A stretch of 64,000 nucleotides of DNA from a virus, in IMG/VR virus record IMGVR_UViG_3300035228_001078. One strand, written 5' to 3'. Below are positions 26,969-36,976 of this stretch, piece by piece. The notes beneath the pieces were generated by a model. That model ran no database searches, was not told the origin of the DNA, and worked only from the letters and a program-made list of their open reading frames with translations. Numbering within the stretch: position 1 is the first letter of the stretch; every line of letters starts with the position of its first letter. Both the position numbers and the translations under genes were made by a program.

Positions 26969-27646
26969 TCAACCGTCGTAGGTTGAATCTGGTTCGAGTG
27001 CGATGTAATAGTCAAGGTTGTAACTATGGTTGGTGAACTTAGAAAGAAGTTTCTTTGAGATCACAACATCATAAGATCCAGGGATCAGTTTGATGTTCTC
27101 GATCTTAAAGTTGAACTCAAAGCTCTTATCAGTTTGTCCAACGATCAAAGAGAACTCGTTAGAGTTATCGTTCTTCTTATCACGGACGGAGAGAACAATC
27201 TGCTCACGATTGCCAATGGCAGCAAGGTCAGGCAACTGATAGATCGAAGATGCTTTCAGAAGTTTCTGAAGTTGAGAACTATCAAGTTGGAAGCATACCT
27301 CTTCGGTAGGAAGAGTAATACCTTTATCAGGAGGAGTTACGATAACTTCTGGATCTGCAAAAGCAAACTTAACTTTAGTAGTCTGTCCTTCACGAATGAC
27401 CATGTAAGAATCATTCTTAAGATCAATGTCAGGATCATTCATCATCCCAACGCCATTGAGGAACTGTGGCAGGTCATAGATGCCAAAGTCTTTCTCAAAG
27501 TTTTCGTCAATACTAGCTTCTGCAAGGATGTTCTTCATCACAGAAATAGTACGAAGTTTAGTTCCCTTCTTGACCAGAATCGACTGATTAATAGAAGAAA
27601 AGTTTTCAAGCAAGTCGATTGTTTTATCAGAAAGTTTCATATCCAC
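26969..27646 (-). CDS. gp45: Sliding clamp
   Basis: MKLS...LENFSSINQSI, FGIYDL, YYIALE. Confidence 0.95.
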   Translation of the reverse strand: MDMKLSDKTIDLLENFSSINQSILVKKGTKLRTISVMKNILAEASIDENFEKDFGIYDLPQFLNGVGMMNDPDIDLKNDSYMVIREGQTTKVKFAFADPEVIVTPPDKGITLPTEEVCFQLDSSQLQKLLKASSIYQLPDLAAIGNREQIVLSVRDKKNDNSNEFSLIVGQTDKSFEFNFKIENIKLIPGSYDVVISKKLLSKFTNHSYNLDYYIALEPDSTYDG

Positions 27647-28106
27647 GCTCGATAGTCTCCTGGTCTAAGCCATAAAAGTGATAAAGAAGAACAGCATAAT
27701 GAATGATCTTCTTGATGTCCATTGTAGCAGATCCCTTCTTGTTATAACGGGATGCATACTTAAGAATGTTGCCACGACAGAACGCAGCACCGTCTCCACA
27801 GGATTCAATCAGATCAAGTGTCTGAATGCCGTTGGAAGCATTGTAATGGGCACGATAGGTGCCACTGATGTATTCCTTTACCTCTTCAAGGATTTTGTCT
27901 TCATTGTATTTAAACACAGTTCTACCCTTTTTCAAGTCTTTAACATTTTCAGTTTTTTGTTTTGGCCAGACAAATCCGTCTGCAGTAATTTCAACATTGC
28001 CAGTGGGAGGTTCAGGCGTATATTCAAAACCTCCGTTCTGTTTTACCCATTCCAATTCGTCTTCAGGTCCGTACATTTCCTCGTATAATAGAGCCCATGC
28101 GTTCAT
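27627..28106 (-). CDS. DUF3310-like protein
   Basis: HY...QTLDLI...FCRGNILKYASRYNKKG...DIKK. Confidence 0.75.
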   Translation of the reverse strand: MNAWALLYEEMYGPEDELEWVKQNGGFEYTPEPPTGNVEITADGFVWPKQKTENVKDLKKGRTVFKYNEDKILEEVKEYISGTYRAHYNASNGIQTLDLIESCGDGAAFCRGNILKYASRYNKKGSATMDIKKIIHYAVLLYHFYGLDQETIERGYETF

Positions 28107-29185
28107 TCTACCATCCCATCATTAGTTTGTCCAGAGAAATCGACATCGGCGTCAACTTTATCATAAAGATCCATGAAAGCTGCTTTGGTTTCATCATCAA
28201 AACGGTTTAAACATACTTGGATAGCTTTCTGCCTGTCCTTCCAGATAGAAAAAGCACGAACAATGTGGACTAAACGACGGGTAGAAATGACTTCATCCAC
28301 ACCACCATCATAGAAGGTCTTACGGATAATGTCTGCCCAGTCTACAAGACGACTAGTAAACTGATCGTCATCACAAAGTTTAGAAAGGATCTTTGTTTCT
28401 GTAGCAGGAGAGGGATAGGACTGCTCAAAGGTGACAGGGAAACGCTCAAGGAATGCTTCGTTGAGCACATTGGTGCCAATGAAACGACCATCATCAGAAC
28501 CCTTACCTTTGGTGTTAGCAGTGGCAACAACAGTGAAACCCTCAGCAGGAGCAACCCACTTGCCAATCTTCTTTAGGAAGACACCTTTACCTTCAAGGAT
28601 AGATTGAAGACACATGATCTTGTTAGATGCAAGGTCAATCTCATCTAGAAGAAGTACAGCTCCTCTCTCCAAAGCTTCGATGACAGGACCATTGTGCCAA
28701 ACAGTATCGCCATTGATAAGACGGAAACCGCCAATAAGATCATCTTCGTCTGTTTCGATGGTGATGTTGACACGAATCAACTCCCTACCCAATTGAGCAC
28801 ACGCTTGCTCAACTGAGAGTGTCTTACCGTTTCCAGAAAGACCAGTGATAAACGATGGATAGAATAGACGGGACTGAATAATTTTTTTAAGATCAGCGAA
28901 ATTGCCAAACTTGATGAAAGAATCATCTTTTTCTGGTATAAGATTTTGTTCGATAGCAGGTTGTGCAGCGGGAGCTTGATAGGTTTTCTCAAGTTGTTGA
29001 GTAACAGTCAGGTTCCACTTGCCAGTACCCTTCTTATATGGCAGAAGATATTTAGTGACAGTCTGATAGGTCACATCATGCTGAGCACAGTATGCTTTGA
29101 TGTCAGCAGAAGTGATTTTAGGTCCGTAGAGATCACGAAGATTGTCAAGGAGTGATTCAGGATTCACTTTAGCTTCAAAAGGCAT
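28103..29185 (-). CDS. cobS: CobS/MoxR-type AAA+ ATPase
   Basis: GLSGNGKT, LLLDEIDL, TANTKGKG, NEAFLERF, ISTRRL. Confidence 0.9.
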   Translation of the reverse strand: MPFEAKVNPESLLDNLRDLYGPKITSADIKAYCAQHDVTYQTVTKYLLPYKKGTGKWNLTVTQQLEKTYQAPAAQPAIEQNLIPEKDDSFIKFGNFADLKKIIQSRLFYPSFITGLSGNGKTLSVEQACAQLGRELIRVNITIETDEDDLIGGFRLINGDTVWHNGPVIEALERGAVLLLDEIDLASNKIMCLQSILEGKGVFLKKIGKWVAPAEGFTVVATANTKGKGSDDGRFIGTNVLNEAFLERFPVTFEQSYPSPATETKILSKLCDDDQFTSRLVDWADIIRKTFYDGGVDEVISTRRLVHIVRAFSIWKDRQKAIQVCLNRFDDETKAAFMDLYDKVDADVDFSGQTNDGMVE

Positions 29186-29208
29186 TGGTTGTTCTTTGTT
29201 ATGTAGTC

Positions 29209-29253
29209 ATTATAGCGTCAAAACAAGGGTGCTAGACGCTGAGTGGACACTTT
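29209..29253 (-). promoter_or_regulatory. Phage promoter: AAAGTGTCCAC motif, inverted repeat, TATAAT
   Basis: AAAGTGTCCAC-28 nt (containing AGCGTC...GACGCT)-TATAAT. Confidence 0.7.
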
Positions 29254-29254
29254 C

Positions 29255-31357
29255 TCAAGCGACCAGTTCAATAAATTCAGAGAGAACACGCTTATTCATT
29301 TTCTTGCCAGACAAAGATTTCTTAAATGCATTCTTAATCTGAGATTTTGTAGCGTCTTCAGAGACTTGAAAGTCTACAGCATTTGCCAAAGCAGTTGATG
29401 CGATAACAAAATAACTTTCATATCCCATGTTCTTGATAGTAAAGGTTCTATCCCTTTTCCACTTGGAACGAGCTTTCTCACGCTCATCATAATTATTAAT
29501 GTAAGATGCGAGCATACCAGACAGACCACCATCAAGAATACGGAACCCAATAAAATTACAATCTGGAATTGTAGATTTTAGATCGTCTAGCAGGATCTTA
29601 GTAAAGTCATGCCAAACCTCACTGAGACGAATAATGTTTCCAGTTTTTTGATTACGAAGGAAAGAGTTCCAAGTAATCCGACGACAACGGAGATCAGGTT
29701 CCGCTTCCCACGACCGATGTACCATTGCAATTCTAGAGCAAGGATTTGCTTCTCCATCTGTGAGAACAACGCAATTTACTTTCTCAACACCATTCCTTTT
29801 CTTAAAGTCAGGAATAATTTTATGAAGAGTCATGATTGCCTCGTTAAGAGGTGTTCCTGACAAACCTAACTTAGGAGGAACTCCACCATACATGTGCCTC
29901 TGAGAATAAGCAACACGCCAAATAGTCTTCAGCTGTTCCTCAGAAACACGATTGTTGACACTACTAGTCAACAGATTCATCATACAGAACTCATCCCTAA
30001 TGTAGAGAGTGTTCTCTTCTTTAGGTTTAATCTGGTTGTACTGAAAGGTTGGTTGATCGCGATACAAATACTCTTCAGTAAATGCATACACATCATATGG
30101 GATATTTGTCTTACGGCAGAACCAAATCAAGCTATAAAGTTGCTTGATTGTGCTCAACATAACATTGCCCATAGACCCAGACCAGTCAAGAACAAACACG
30201 AGTCCGTGATTCTTTCCGTCAGGAACTACAGTAACTTTCTTGAACAGATCTTCATTGTATTTGTATGTGTGAAGCTTGGACATGTCAAGAACACCAGTGC
30301 GAGATGTTGTTGCACGGGCATAGTTTGATGCAGATTTTTTACACTCAAACTCTTTTACCAGATAGCTGACTTCTTTTTGAGTGTCTTTTTTAAACTTAAT
30401 AAAAGCATCATCAGCGTAACTCCAGAACTCATCAATCTCCTCAAACTTACTCCAATAGTTATTAACATACTCATGAATCCCTTTATTGTCTGCAACAATC
30501 TGATCCATGTTCATCCGAGGAAGAGTCAAGTAGATAGGAACTGAATTCTCATCAGTATTGACCATGGACTGTAGATTGGATTCAAAACTTTTTACAGTAT
30601 CTACCTCGTCATCAGAGTAGTTATTCTCCTGTTCATAACTAGGAATATCTAGTTGTGCAGGGTCTTTAGGATCACTATCAAGTTGTTCCCAATCACCATC
30701 ATCATCTGTAGATTCTTGCTGCTCATTATCTTTCTCATCTACAGTCTCCTGGTTACCCGGTCCAGTAGTTTGTGGAGGGATAGGGGCAGAGACCTGTTGA
30801 GGTTCACTAGAACGCTTCAGAAAACTGCTGAGAGCTTTAGCAGCATCCAGTGCATCATCGAAGGTCTCTGCTCCTGCAACTAGATCTACGATCTCCATTT
30901 CTTCTGGAGTAAATTTAATACTCAGATAAGAACCAATCTTAAAATACAAGTTGATACGATCAGGAAAAGAATACTCATTAGGATCCTCTTCACCAATTTC
31001 AAAAAAGTCTTTATCGTTGAGTGTGTTGTATCCACGATAGAAAGTCTTGTTAAGACCACCATACCGACGCTTCATCAGTTTTTCAATTCGAGCGTCTTCA
31101 GTGATGTTCACAAAACTTTTTGGGACATCTGACCATCTCGAATCTTTGTTCCATTCGCGGTCGTCTGTGTATAAAGCGTGTCCAACTTCGTGAGCTACCA
31201 GCAGATCATAGACATCTTCGGAGTTAGTGTTCCAGATGGGGAGGGTCAGTACCCTGCGAACCACATCAAACTGTGCTGTCTCCACATTGCGGTGTTCTAC
31301 GATTAAGTTCTCGGTAGCGAGAAGTTTAGCAAGCTTTCCTTTGATTTCTTGAAGCAT
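29255..31357 (-). CDS. Zn-metallopeptidase plus vWA domain protein (partner of the CobS/MoxR ATPase)
   Basis: HEVGH and EDARIE; acidic linker; MIDAS DWSGSM, GTPL, LTDGE. Confidence 0.85.
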   Translation of the reverse strand: MLQEIKGKLAKLLATENLIVEHRNVETAQFDVVRRVLTLPIWNTNSEDVYDLLVAHEVGHALYTDDREWNKDSRWSDVPKSFVNITEDARIEKLMKRRYGGLNKTFYRGYNTLNDKDFFEIGEEDPNEYSFPDRINLYFKIGSYLSIKFTPEEMEIVDLVAGAETFDDALDAAKALSSFLKRSSEPQQVSAPIPPQTTGPGNQETVDEKDNEQQESTDDDGDWEQLDSDPKDPAQLDIPSYEQENNYSDDEVDTVKSFESNLQSMVNTDENSVPIYLTLPRMNMDQIVADNKGIHEYVNNYWSKFEEIDEFWSYADDAFIKFKKDTQKEVSYLVKEFECKKSASNYARATTSRTGVLDMSKLHTYKYNEDLFKKVTVVPDGKNHGLVFVLDWSGSMGNVMLSTIKQLYSLIWFCRKTNIPYDVYAFTEEYLYRDQPTFQYNQIKPKEENTLYIRDEFCMMNLLTSSVNNRVSEEQLKTIWRVAYSQRHMYGGVPPKLGLSGTPLNEAIMTLHKIIPDFKKRNGVEKVNCVVLTDGEANPCSRIAMVHRSWEAEPDLRCRRITWNSFLRNQKTGNIIRLSEVWHDFTKILLDDLKSTIPDCNFIGFRILDGGLSGMLASYINNYDEREKARSKWKRDRTFTIKNMGYESYFVIASTALANAVDFQVSEDATKSQIKNAFKKSLSGKKMNKRVLSEFIELVA

Positions 31358-31379
31358 CAGTAGTTTGCTGTATGTGCAT

Positions 31380-31425
31380 ATTATAAAACCCCCGATGGTG
31401 ATCGAGGGTCTAGTGTGGACACTTT
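31380..31425 (-). promoter_or_regulatory. Phage promoter: AAAGTGTCCAC motif, inverted repeat, TATAAT
   Basis: AAAGTGTCCAC-29 nt (containing ACCCTCGAT-cacc-ATCGGGGGT)-TATAAT. Confidence 0.7.
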
Positions 31426-31437
31426 ATAAACTGTCTA

Positions 31438-33168
31438 CTATCCACTAACAGAAGTTTTTTCACTCATGTAAGAGAATCCAGCTTTCTTATTAAACTCTAT
31501 TACATGGTTAAACTTGTCAAGCATGTCGCTCTTGTGGGAAATAACAAAAGTATTTGAATCTTTGATTACAAATCTAATAATCTTACCAAACTCTTCAGTA
31601 CCCACAGTATCTAAAGAACTATCAAACACTTCATCCAAGATAAGCAGATTTGTATTTGCCGAGTTCTTAAACCTAGCAACTTCTCTCCAAGCGAAGAGAA
31701 GAGCTAAGTCGATTCTCATTTTTTCTCCTTCCGAAAACGACGAGTACGAGAACTTATCTTGAATCGGATTTTTAACAGTCTCCACAAATTCTTCATCGAG
31801 TTGCAGGTTGATGTAAAAGTCCATCATCTGCAGGTATCGATTAACTTGCTGATTAATAAAAGGTAAGTATTTTTTAATAATCTTTGTCTTAACGCCTCCG
31901 TCTTTCAGGAGAGAGTATGCAAAGTCTCTGTATTTTACTTCCTCTTTTTTATCTGCTAGTTGTTCAAAGATTTTTTGAAGATCTTCCCTAAACCCTTCTA
32001 ATTTCTCGTGTTCAGAATTTCTGTTTGATAGCTGATTGGTAAAAGTTTGAATTTCGTGTTGTAGATCTCTCGCCTGCTTCTGATGTCCAGAAATTCGTAA
32101 ATTGTTTTGAGAAATGCCATGCGTGAGTTTAGTAATCTCCTGAGTTGTTGTTTTTAAAAGACGCTCTTTTTCTTCTTGTAATAATATCGACTCCTCCAGT
32201 TTTTGATAACCTTCTCTGAGTTCCTTTGCTTTAGATTGAGCGTCTTCAATTTTATTTAGTCTGAAGTCTTCGTCAATCGACTGGGTGCAAGTGGGGCATA
32301 CCGTATTCTGTGAGAAAAATTTATGTTCCTTTGTAATGGTAGATACTTTCTGAGAGATTTTACCTTTTAAGTTACCAAGTTCTCTAAGAGTTTTTGATGA
32401 TCCTTCATAGTTTTTTAATTCTTCCTGGCACCCATTCACCTTCTCATCAAGAGAACTATTTTCCTTAAGAAGTTTATCAATTTCAAGATCAAGAGTATTA
32501 ATAGAACCTTTATTCTTCTCTATAGTAGTCTTATGTCTATTTTCTAACTCCTCAATAAAACCTTCTTGCATCTTTACCTTTTCTTTTACAGTATCTTTCT
32601 TAAAGGTAAGATTTTTAATATTATCTTTTAGTTGTCGTATTTCCTCTTTGACAAGATTGTTCATAGCAGAAAAGATGCGAATGTCCAATAGGTCTTCAAT
32701 CACCTCTCTACGGTGAGCCTGGGACAGTTGCATGAAGGGTATGAAGTTACTGCTACCTAAGATAACAATTTGAGTAAAAGATTTATAATTTAATTTGAGA
32801 ATTTGTTCTTCTAAAATTTTCTGGTTAGCTCTATCATCTGCTTCTTTATTTCTCATCTCGCCATTGATTTCGATATCAAACACATTAGGTTTGATACCTC
32901 TCCTAACAAGATAGTTTCTACTGTTAGCAGTAAACTTTATTTCTACAAGACAACCTTTCTCATTAGTCATGTTGACCAACTGAGGTTTATTAATCTTTCT
33001 GTATGGTTTATTGAATAGCACAAAGCACAGGGCATCGAGCATAGTCGATTTCCCTGCACCATTAGTACCGATGACAAGAGTTGTAGAGGACTTGTTTAGA
33101 CTAATCTCTGTCCATTGATCACCTGTAGATAAAAAGTTTTTCCAACGAACGCTTTCAAATGTTATCAT
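31438..33168 (-). CDS. gp46: Rad50/SbcC-like recombination ATPase
   Basis: GTNGAGKST, CPTC hook, FSEGEKMRIDL, LDEVFDSSLD. Confidence 0.96.
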   Translation of the reverse strand: MITFESVRWKNFLSTGDQWTEISLNKSSTTLVIGTNGAGKSTMLDALCFVLFNKPYRKINKPQLVNMTNEKGCLVEIKFTANSRNYLVRRGIKPNVFDIEINGEMRNKEADDRANQKILEEQILKLNYKSFTQIVILGSSNFIPFMQLSQAHRREVIEDLLDIRIFSAMNNLVKEEIRQLKDNIKNLTFKKDTVKEKVKMQEGFIEELENRHKTTIEKNKGSINTLDLEIDKLLKENSSLDEKVNGCQEELKNYEGSSKTLRELGNLKGKISQKVSTITKEHKFFSQNTVCPTCTQSIDEDFRLNKIEDAQSKAKELREGYQKLEESILLQEEKERLLKTTTQEITKLTHGISQNNLRISGHQKQARDLQHEIQTFTNQLSNRNSEHEKLEGFREDLQKIFEQLADKKEEVKYRDFAYSLLKDGGVKTKIIKKYLPFINQQVNRYLQMMDFYINLQLDEEFVETVKNPIQDKFSYSSFSEGEKMRIDLALLFAWREVARFKNSANTNLLILDEVFDSSLDTVGTEEFGKIIRFVIKDSNTFVISHKSDMLDKFNHVIEFNKKAGFSYMSEKTSVSG

Positions 33169-33424
33169 CTTTAGATGGAGGAATCACGATATCATCAGGC
33201 ATAATGATAGTGTACTTATAATTGTACATCTCACAAGCCTTTATAGCGAGGTCTTCTTCGACCTCAAGAGTGTTCATTTTGGTGCCATGCTCATCTTCTA
33301 ATTGTAGAGCATACCTAAGTGCGTCATCCTTATCCGAGAACATGAATAAAACCTTTTCTCCATTACGATCTTTGACCGCATATGCACCTTCGGTTTTTTT
33401 ATTTTCTTCTGTTAAAAGAAACAT
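33155..33424 (-). CDS. Hypothetical protein (DUF3110-like)
   Basis: EGAYAV...LFMF...DDALRYA...DDIVIPP, lying between gp47 and gp46. Confidence 0.7.
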   Translation of the reverse strand: MFLLTEENKKTEGAYAVKDRNGEKVLFMFSDKDDALRYALQLEDEHGTKMNTLEVEEDLAIKACEMYNYKYTIIMPDDIVIPPSKDDNI

Positions 33425-34476
33425 TACTCAAATTCGCAAGCTTTAGAGTAGAGGGAACCAAATATGTTTTTAACCTTGGATTTGTCAAGATCTACTTCAG
33501 ATTCTTCAATGTATCTATGTAGAATTGATACAGTATTCTCTTCTTCTGTAACTTCAAAATCTTCAGAGTGAACCCAACCATTGTTGTAATCAAAGTTTTC
33601 TACAATCTTGAGTTCTTCAACTCCAGATGAGTAGAGTTTATCGATAAACTTTTCAAAGTCTTTTGGTTTGGATTTTTTCTTTACGATTACTTTTACGATT
33701 TTGCCACCATATTCAGATGCATTGAAGAGTTGATGTGGCGTGTCTTCGTAATAGACATTATAGAACATTTTATATGGATTATCAACATTTGTCAACTCAT
33801 ATGTTTCTGGGTCGAACAAATGAAACCCTCTAGTATCATTAACATCGTTCCAATACATCTCATAAGGATTGCCAAGATAAAAAATCTTTCCATCATCACT
33901 ACGAGTATGATAGTGACCACTAAAGACTCTATCAAACTTGGATAAGACCTCTGCATCATATCCACGATCCTGAGTGAATCCACGATAAGCTGCAAACCCG
34001 TTAAGTTCTAAATGACCAACAGCAAGTTTTGCCTTACTCTTATTGATTAGTTTCATAGTCTGTTCTTCATTCTCTTTGTTAATCCAAGAGATAAAGGCAA
34101 ACTTTGTTCCACCAATTACATGTTCTGCATAATCAGTGATAGGGATAATATTATCGTACTCTCGTAAGAGTAGATCAATTGTGTTAATGCCGTTATTATT
34201 TTTGTAGTAGGCAGTATGATTGCCCACAACAGTATACACAGTGATTCCCATATCACGGAGACGATCGTAGTAATTCTCCTTAGCCCATTTAAGAGACCAG
34301 AAGTCAATGCTCCTACGATTGTCAAAAGTGTCCCCCATATCGATAAGAGTTGTGATACCCTCAGCAGAAAGTGTAGGAAAAAAGATGTCGTTATAGAATT
34401 TAAGAAAGTAATCATGAAATAAAATACTTCCTTTTCTCATACCAAAATGTTGGTCAGTTATAATTCCTATTTTCAT
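33424..34476 (-). CDS. gp47: Mre11/SbcD-like nuclease
   Basis: TDQHFG, GDTFDNR, GNH, GHLEL, SGHYH. Confidence 0.96.
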   Translation of the reverse strand: MKIGIITDQHFGMRKGSILFHDYFLKFYNDIFFPTLSAEGITTLIDMGDTFDNRRSIDFWSLKWAKENYYDRLRDMGITVYTVVGNHTAYYKNNNGINTIDLLLREYDNIIPITDYAEHVIGGTKFAFISWINKENEEQTMKLINKSKAKLAVGHLELNGFAAYRGFTQDRGYDAEVLSKFDRVFSGHYHTRSDDGKIFYLGNPYEMYWNDVNDTRGFHLFDPETYELTNVDNPYKMFYNVYYEDTPHQLFNASEYGGKIVKVIVKKKSKPKDFEKFIDKLYSSGVEELKIVENFDYNNGWVHSEDFEVTEEENTVSILHRYIEESEVDLDKSKVKNIFGSLYSKACEFE

Positions 34477-34482
34477 TATCTG

Positions 34483-34956
34483 TCATCGAGATGTTCTATA
34501 GTGAATATTATCCTTCATAGTATTATAATCACTAGTTTTTCCGTTGGCACCATCTTCAACAACCATGACCTGATCATATCCAGTTTTTTCAATGATCTTG
34601 GTTTTAATCTCTAATTGCTTTTTCTCCTTCTGAATCCTACGAAGGAAAGCATAGTATATGATTTGAGTAAAGTAAGCAAAAGGATTAGAAGACTTTTCTG
34701 GATTAAAGTTGTGTATATATTGTACGCAGTTCTCAATTCCATCGCCAATCATATCCTCACGGAACATGTAGTTGACAAAGTTTGGTTTGTACGATAAGTG
34801 CGTAGCAATCTTCAGAAAACAATCTCCGAGGTAATTGCTGATGAGAGGAGGAGGATCACCACTTTCTTTCGCTCTAGCCACACTAGCACGATAGCGAACC
34901 ATTGCATCTAGTAACTCTTTGTTATTGACATAATGGTCAGATCTCTTCTTAGGCAT
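34483..34956 (-). CDS. gp55: Late-transcription sigma factor
   Basis: HYVNNKE, NFVNY..REDMI.DGIENC, NPFAYFTQI. Confidence 0.96.
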   Translation of the reverse strand: MPKKRSDHYVNNKELLDAMVRYRASVARAKESGDPPPLISNYLGDCFLKIATHLSYKPNFVNYMFREDMIGDGIENCVQYIHNFNPEKSSNPFAYFTQIIYYAFLRRIQKEKKQLEIKTKIIEKTGYDQVMVVEDGANGKTSDYNTMKDNIHYRTSR

Positions 34957-34978
34957 ATCGTGTTAAGTTCTTGTATAC

Positions 34979-35006
34979 ATTATAGCACAGCTTGACAACT
35001 TAGCAA
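34979..35006 (-). promoter_or_regulatory. Sigma70-type promoter of gp55
   Basis: TTGCTA-16 nt-TATAAT with TG upstream of the -10. Confidence 0.7.
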
Positions 35007-35020
35007 ACCTTGTGTAGAAT
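34992..35020 (+). promoter_or_regulatory. Antisense sigma70-type promoter (divergent, overlapping the gp55 promoter)
   Basis: TTGACA-17 nt-TAGAAT on the plus strand. No plus-strand gene downstream. Confidence 0.6.
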
Positions 35021-35066
35021 AACTCTGTCGGAGTTCAGAAGATTGTAGCTATAAGAGCTCTATTAT

Positions 35067-35507
35067 TTAAATATGGGTAGCAATTCCTGCATTAGAATCA
35101 GATTCTATAGCAAAACATTGTTCTAGTTTTTCTTTTGCGTCGTCAACATTTCCTAAGTAACCCATTGTCTTTGTGGGTCTTACTTTTCTACTGCCTCTGG
35201 AAGTTCCGTTGGATTTGTCTTCGGCTTGTTCGATTAAATAATTTGTATAGTATTCAACCATATCATGGTCCATTTCAACTTCTGTCATGGTTATAACTTT
35301 ATCCATCTTGACAAAGTAGAAGTTGTCATCTGGGACATGCATCCATGGTTCAACTCTTACGAAAGAACCGCGAGGTCCATGAATTGTATCGATACATACT
35401 GGATCTGAAAGGATCAATGTATCTGGATGATCATCATCCGTGCATGTAATTGCAAAGATCTCTTCTCCAGAAACTAGTTTAATACTAGAGTAAAATTCTT
35501 CATTCAT
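35067..35507 (-). CDS. Conserved hypothetical protein downstream of uvsW
   Basis: IKLVSGEEI...PW, and C-terminal MGYLGNVDDAK...LE. Confidence 0.75.
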   Translation of the reverse strand: MNEEFYSSIKLVSGEEIFAITCTDDDHPDTLILSDPVCIDTIHGPRGSFVRVEPWMHVPDDNFYFVKMDKVITMTEVEMDHDMVEYYTNYLIEQAEDKSNGTSRGSRKVRPTKTMGYLGNVDDAKEKLEQCFAIESDSNAGIATHI

Positions 35508-36976
35508 AACTTTTTCCTTAGATTGACTTTTATCAATTCATAATTGAAGTTCTCTTCATTGTAGATTTTAATTCTTTCAACCATATGATTCAAGGTGTAA
35601 TTTCTTTTTTTATTATAAGTACAATCGTCAGCAATATCGTAAAGAGTAGCACTAAATTTGTTATTGCCTTTTCTAAGAACTCTTCCGATCGATTGTAGAT
35701 TACGGATCCTTGATTTTGACGGTGAGGCAAAAATTACATTGTGTAGGTTTTTAATGTTAATGCCTGTACTGAATGTGCCATAAGAGGCAACAATGATGGA
35801 GTTTTTTTCGTTTTCAATAATAGACCTAGCTTTCTCCCGATCCTCTACATCGACGCCACCGTGTACGAAGAAAACTTTTCTATTTTTGGTTACATTAGTA
35901 TTTATCATACCGAAAAGTATCTCCCCATGATCAGCAACCCTAGAAAATAAAACTAATGTATTCCCTTTTAAGTCTATTGCTAAATTTTTAATAAAGTTAT
36001 TTCGCTGTTGATGTGATATTAAATAATCTATTTCTTCTTGATAAGAAACAAACTCTCTAGGATCATGTTGCAGTAAAATAATCTTTGAATTTAACTTTGC
36101 CAAATATCCTTTATTCATTAACTCTTCAGTACGAATCAATCTATATGATGGTCCAAACAATCCTTCCAATACCCACTTATGAGTTTGTGATCCATCAAGA
36201 GTTCCAGTAAATCCATATCGGTATTTTGCATCATGCAGCTTAGTCATGATACTAGTGAGAGACTTTGCTTTGAATAGATGTGCTTCATCTCCAATAACAC
36301 AGTTAAATCTTTCAAAATAACTCTTCTCAAGTTTATAGATAGATTGCCAGGTTGTAATCACCACTGGTGCTTTTGCCTCGCGTTCTTTACCAGCATAGAT
36401 TTTCTGGCAAAATGAATCTGCATTCCAACCATAATCCTCAAAGTCCTTATGCATCTGCTCTACTAGCGATGTCGTCGGAACAATTAAAAGAGTATTTTCT
36501 TTGCGCTCTGTATGGTATCTCACGATTGCGTAAATCATCAGGGACTTACCAGATGCAGTCGGACTTATCACTAACCTTCTATTGTGTCTTAGAGCATCAT
36601 ATACTCCCGCTAATTGGTAGTCCCGAGGAGGATGCTTAGAAATAGCAGTCATATAATCTTTTATCCCTTCAGGCGAGATAAAATCATTCTGCTCGTATGG
36701 AGTTCCGTAATATTTGTTATCTATAAATTTATATTCATAATTATATCTTTGACAAAAAGATACAAGCTTGTCAAGCAATCCAACATACAACTCTCTTGTA
36801 TGTGTAGAAAACAATCGTATCTTTCCATCCCAATATCGTTTTCGATACTGGTTCATATACTTTGCGCCTTCAATATCAAAAGAGAAGTGTTCTGACAACT
36901 CCTGGTATACATGCGGTTCAGACTCAATTTTTAGGAAGACTTCGTTCTTCTTTGATATAAGGACTTCTGTCATCAA
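35504..36976 (-). CDS. uvsW: SF2 helicase UvsW
   Basis: SPTASGKS, GDEAH, GFTGTL, QSIGRVLR. Confidence 0.96.
   Translation of the reverse strand: MMTEVLISKKNEVFLKIESEPHVYQELSEHFSFDIEGAKYMNQYRKRYWDGKIRLFSTHTRELYVGLLDKLVSFCQRYNYEYKFIDNKYYGTPYEQNDFISPEGIKDYMTAISKHPPRDYQLAGVYDALRHNRRLVISPTASGKSLMIYAIVRYHTERKENTLLIVPTTSLVEQMHKDFEDYGWNADSFCQKIYAGKEREAKAPVVITTWQSIYKLEKSYFERFNCVIGDEAHLFKAKSLTSIMTKLHDAKYRYGFTGTLDGSQTHKWVLEGLFGPSYRLIRTEELMNKGYLAKLNSKIILLQHDPREFVSYQEEIDYLISHQQRNNFIKNLAIDLKGNTLVLFSRVADHGEILFGMINTNVTKNRKVFFVHGGVDVEDREKARSIIENEKNSIIVASYGTFSTGINIKNLHNVIFASPSKSRIRNLQSIGRVLRKGNNKFSATLYDIADDCTYNKKRNYTLNHMVERIKIYNEENFNYELIKVNLRKKL

Noticed and set aside
28103-29185. cobS as evidence of a phage cobalamin pathway
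   Set aside because: No cobN or other cob genes; the partner is a peptidase-vWA protein, consistent with a generic MoxR system
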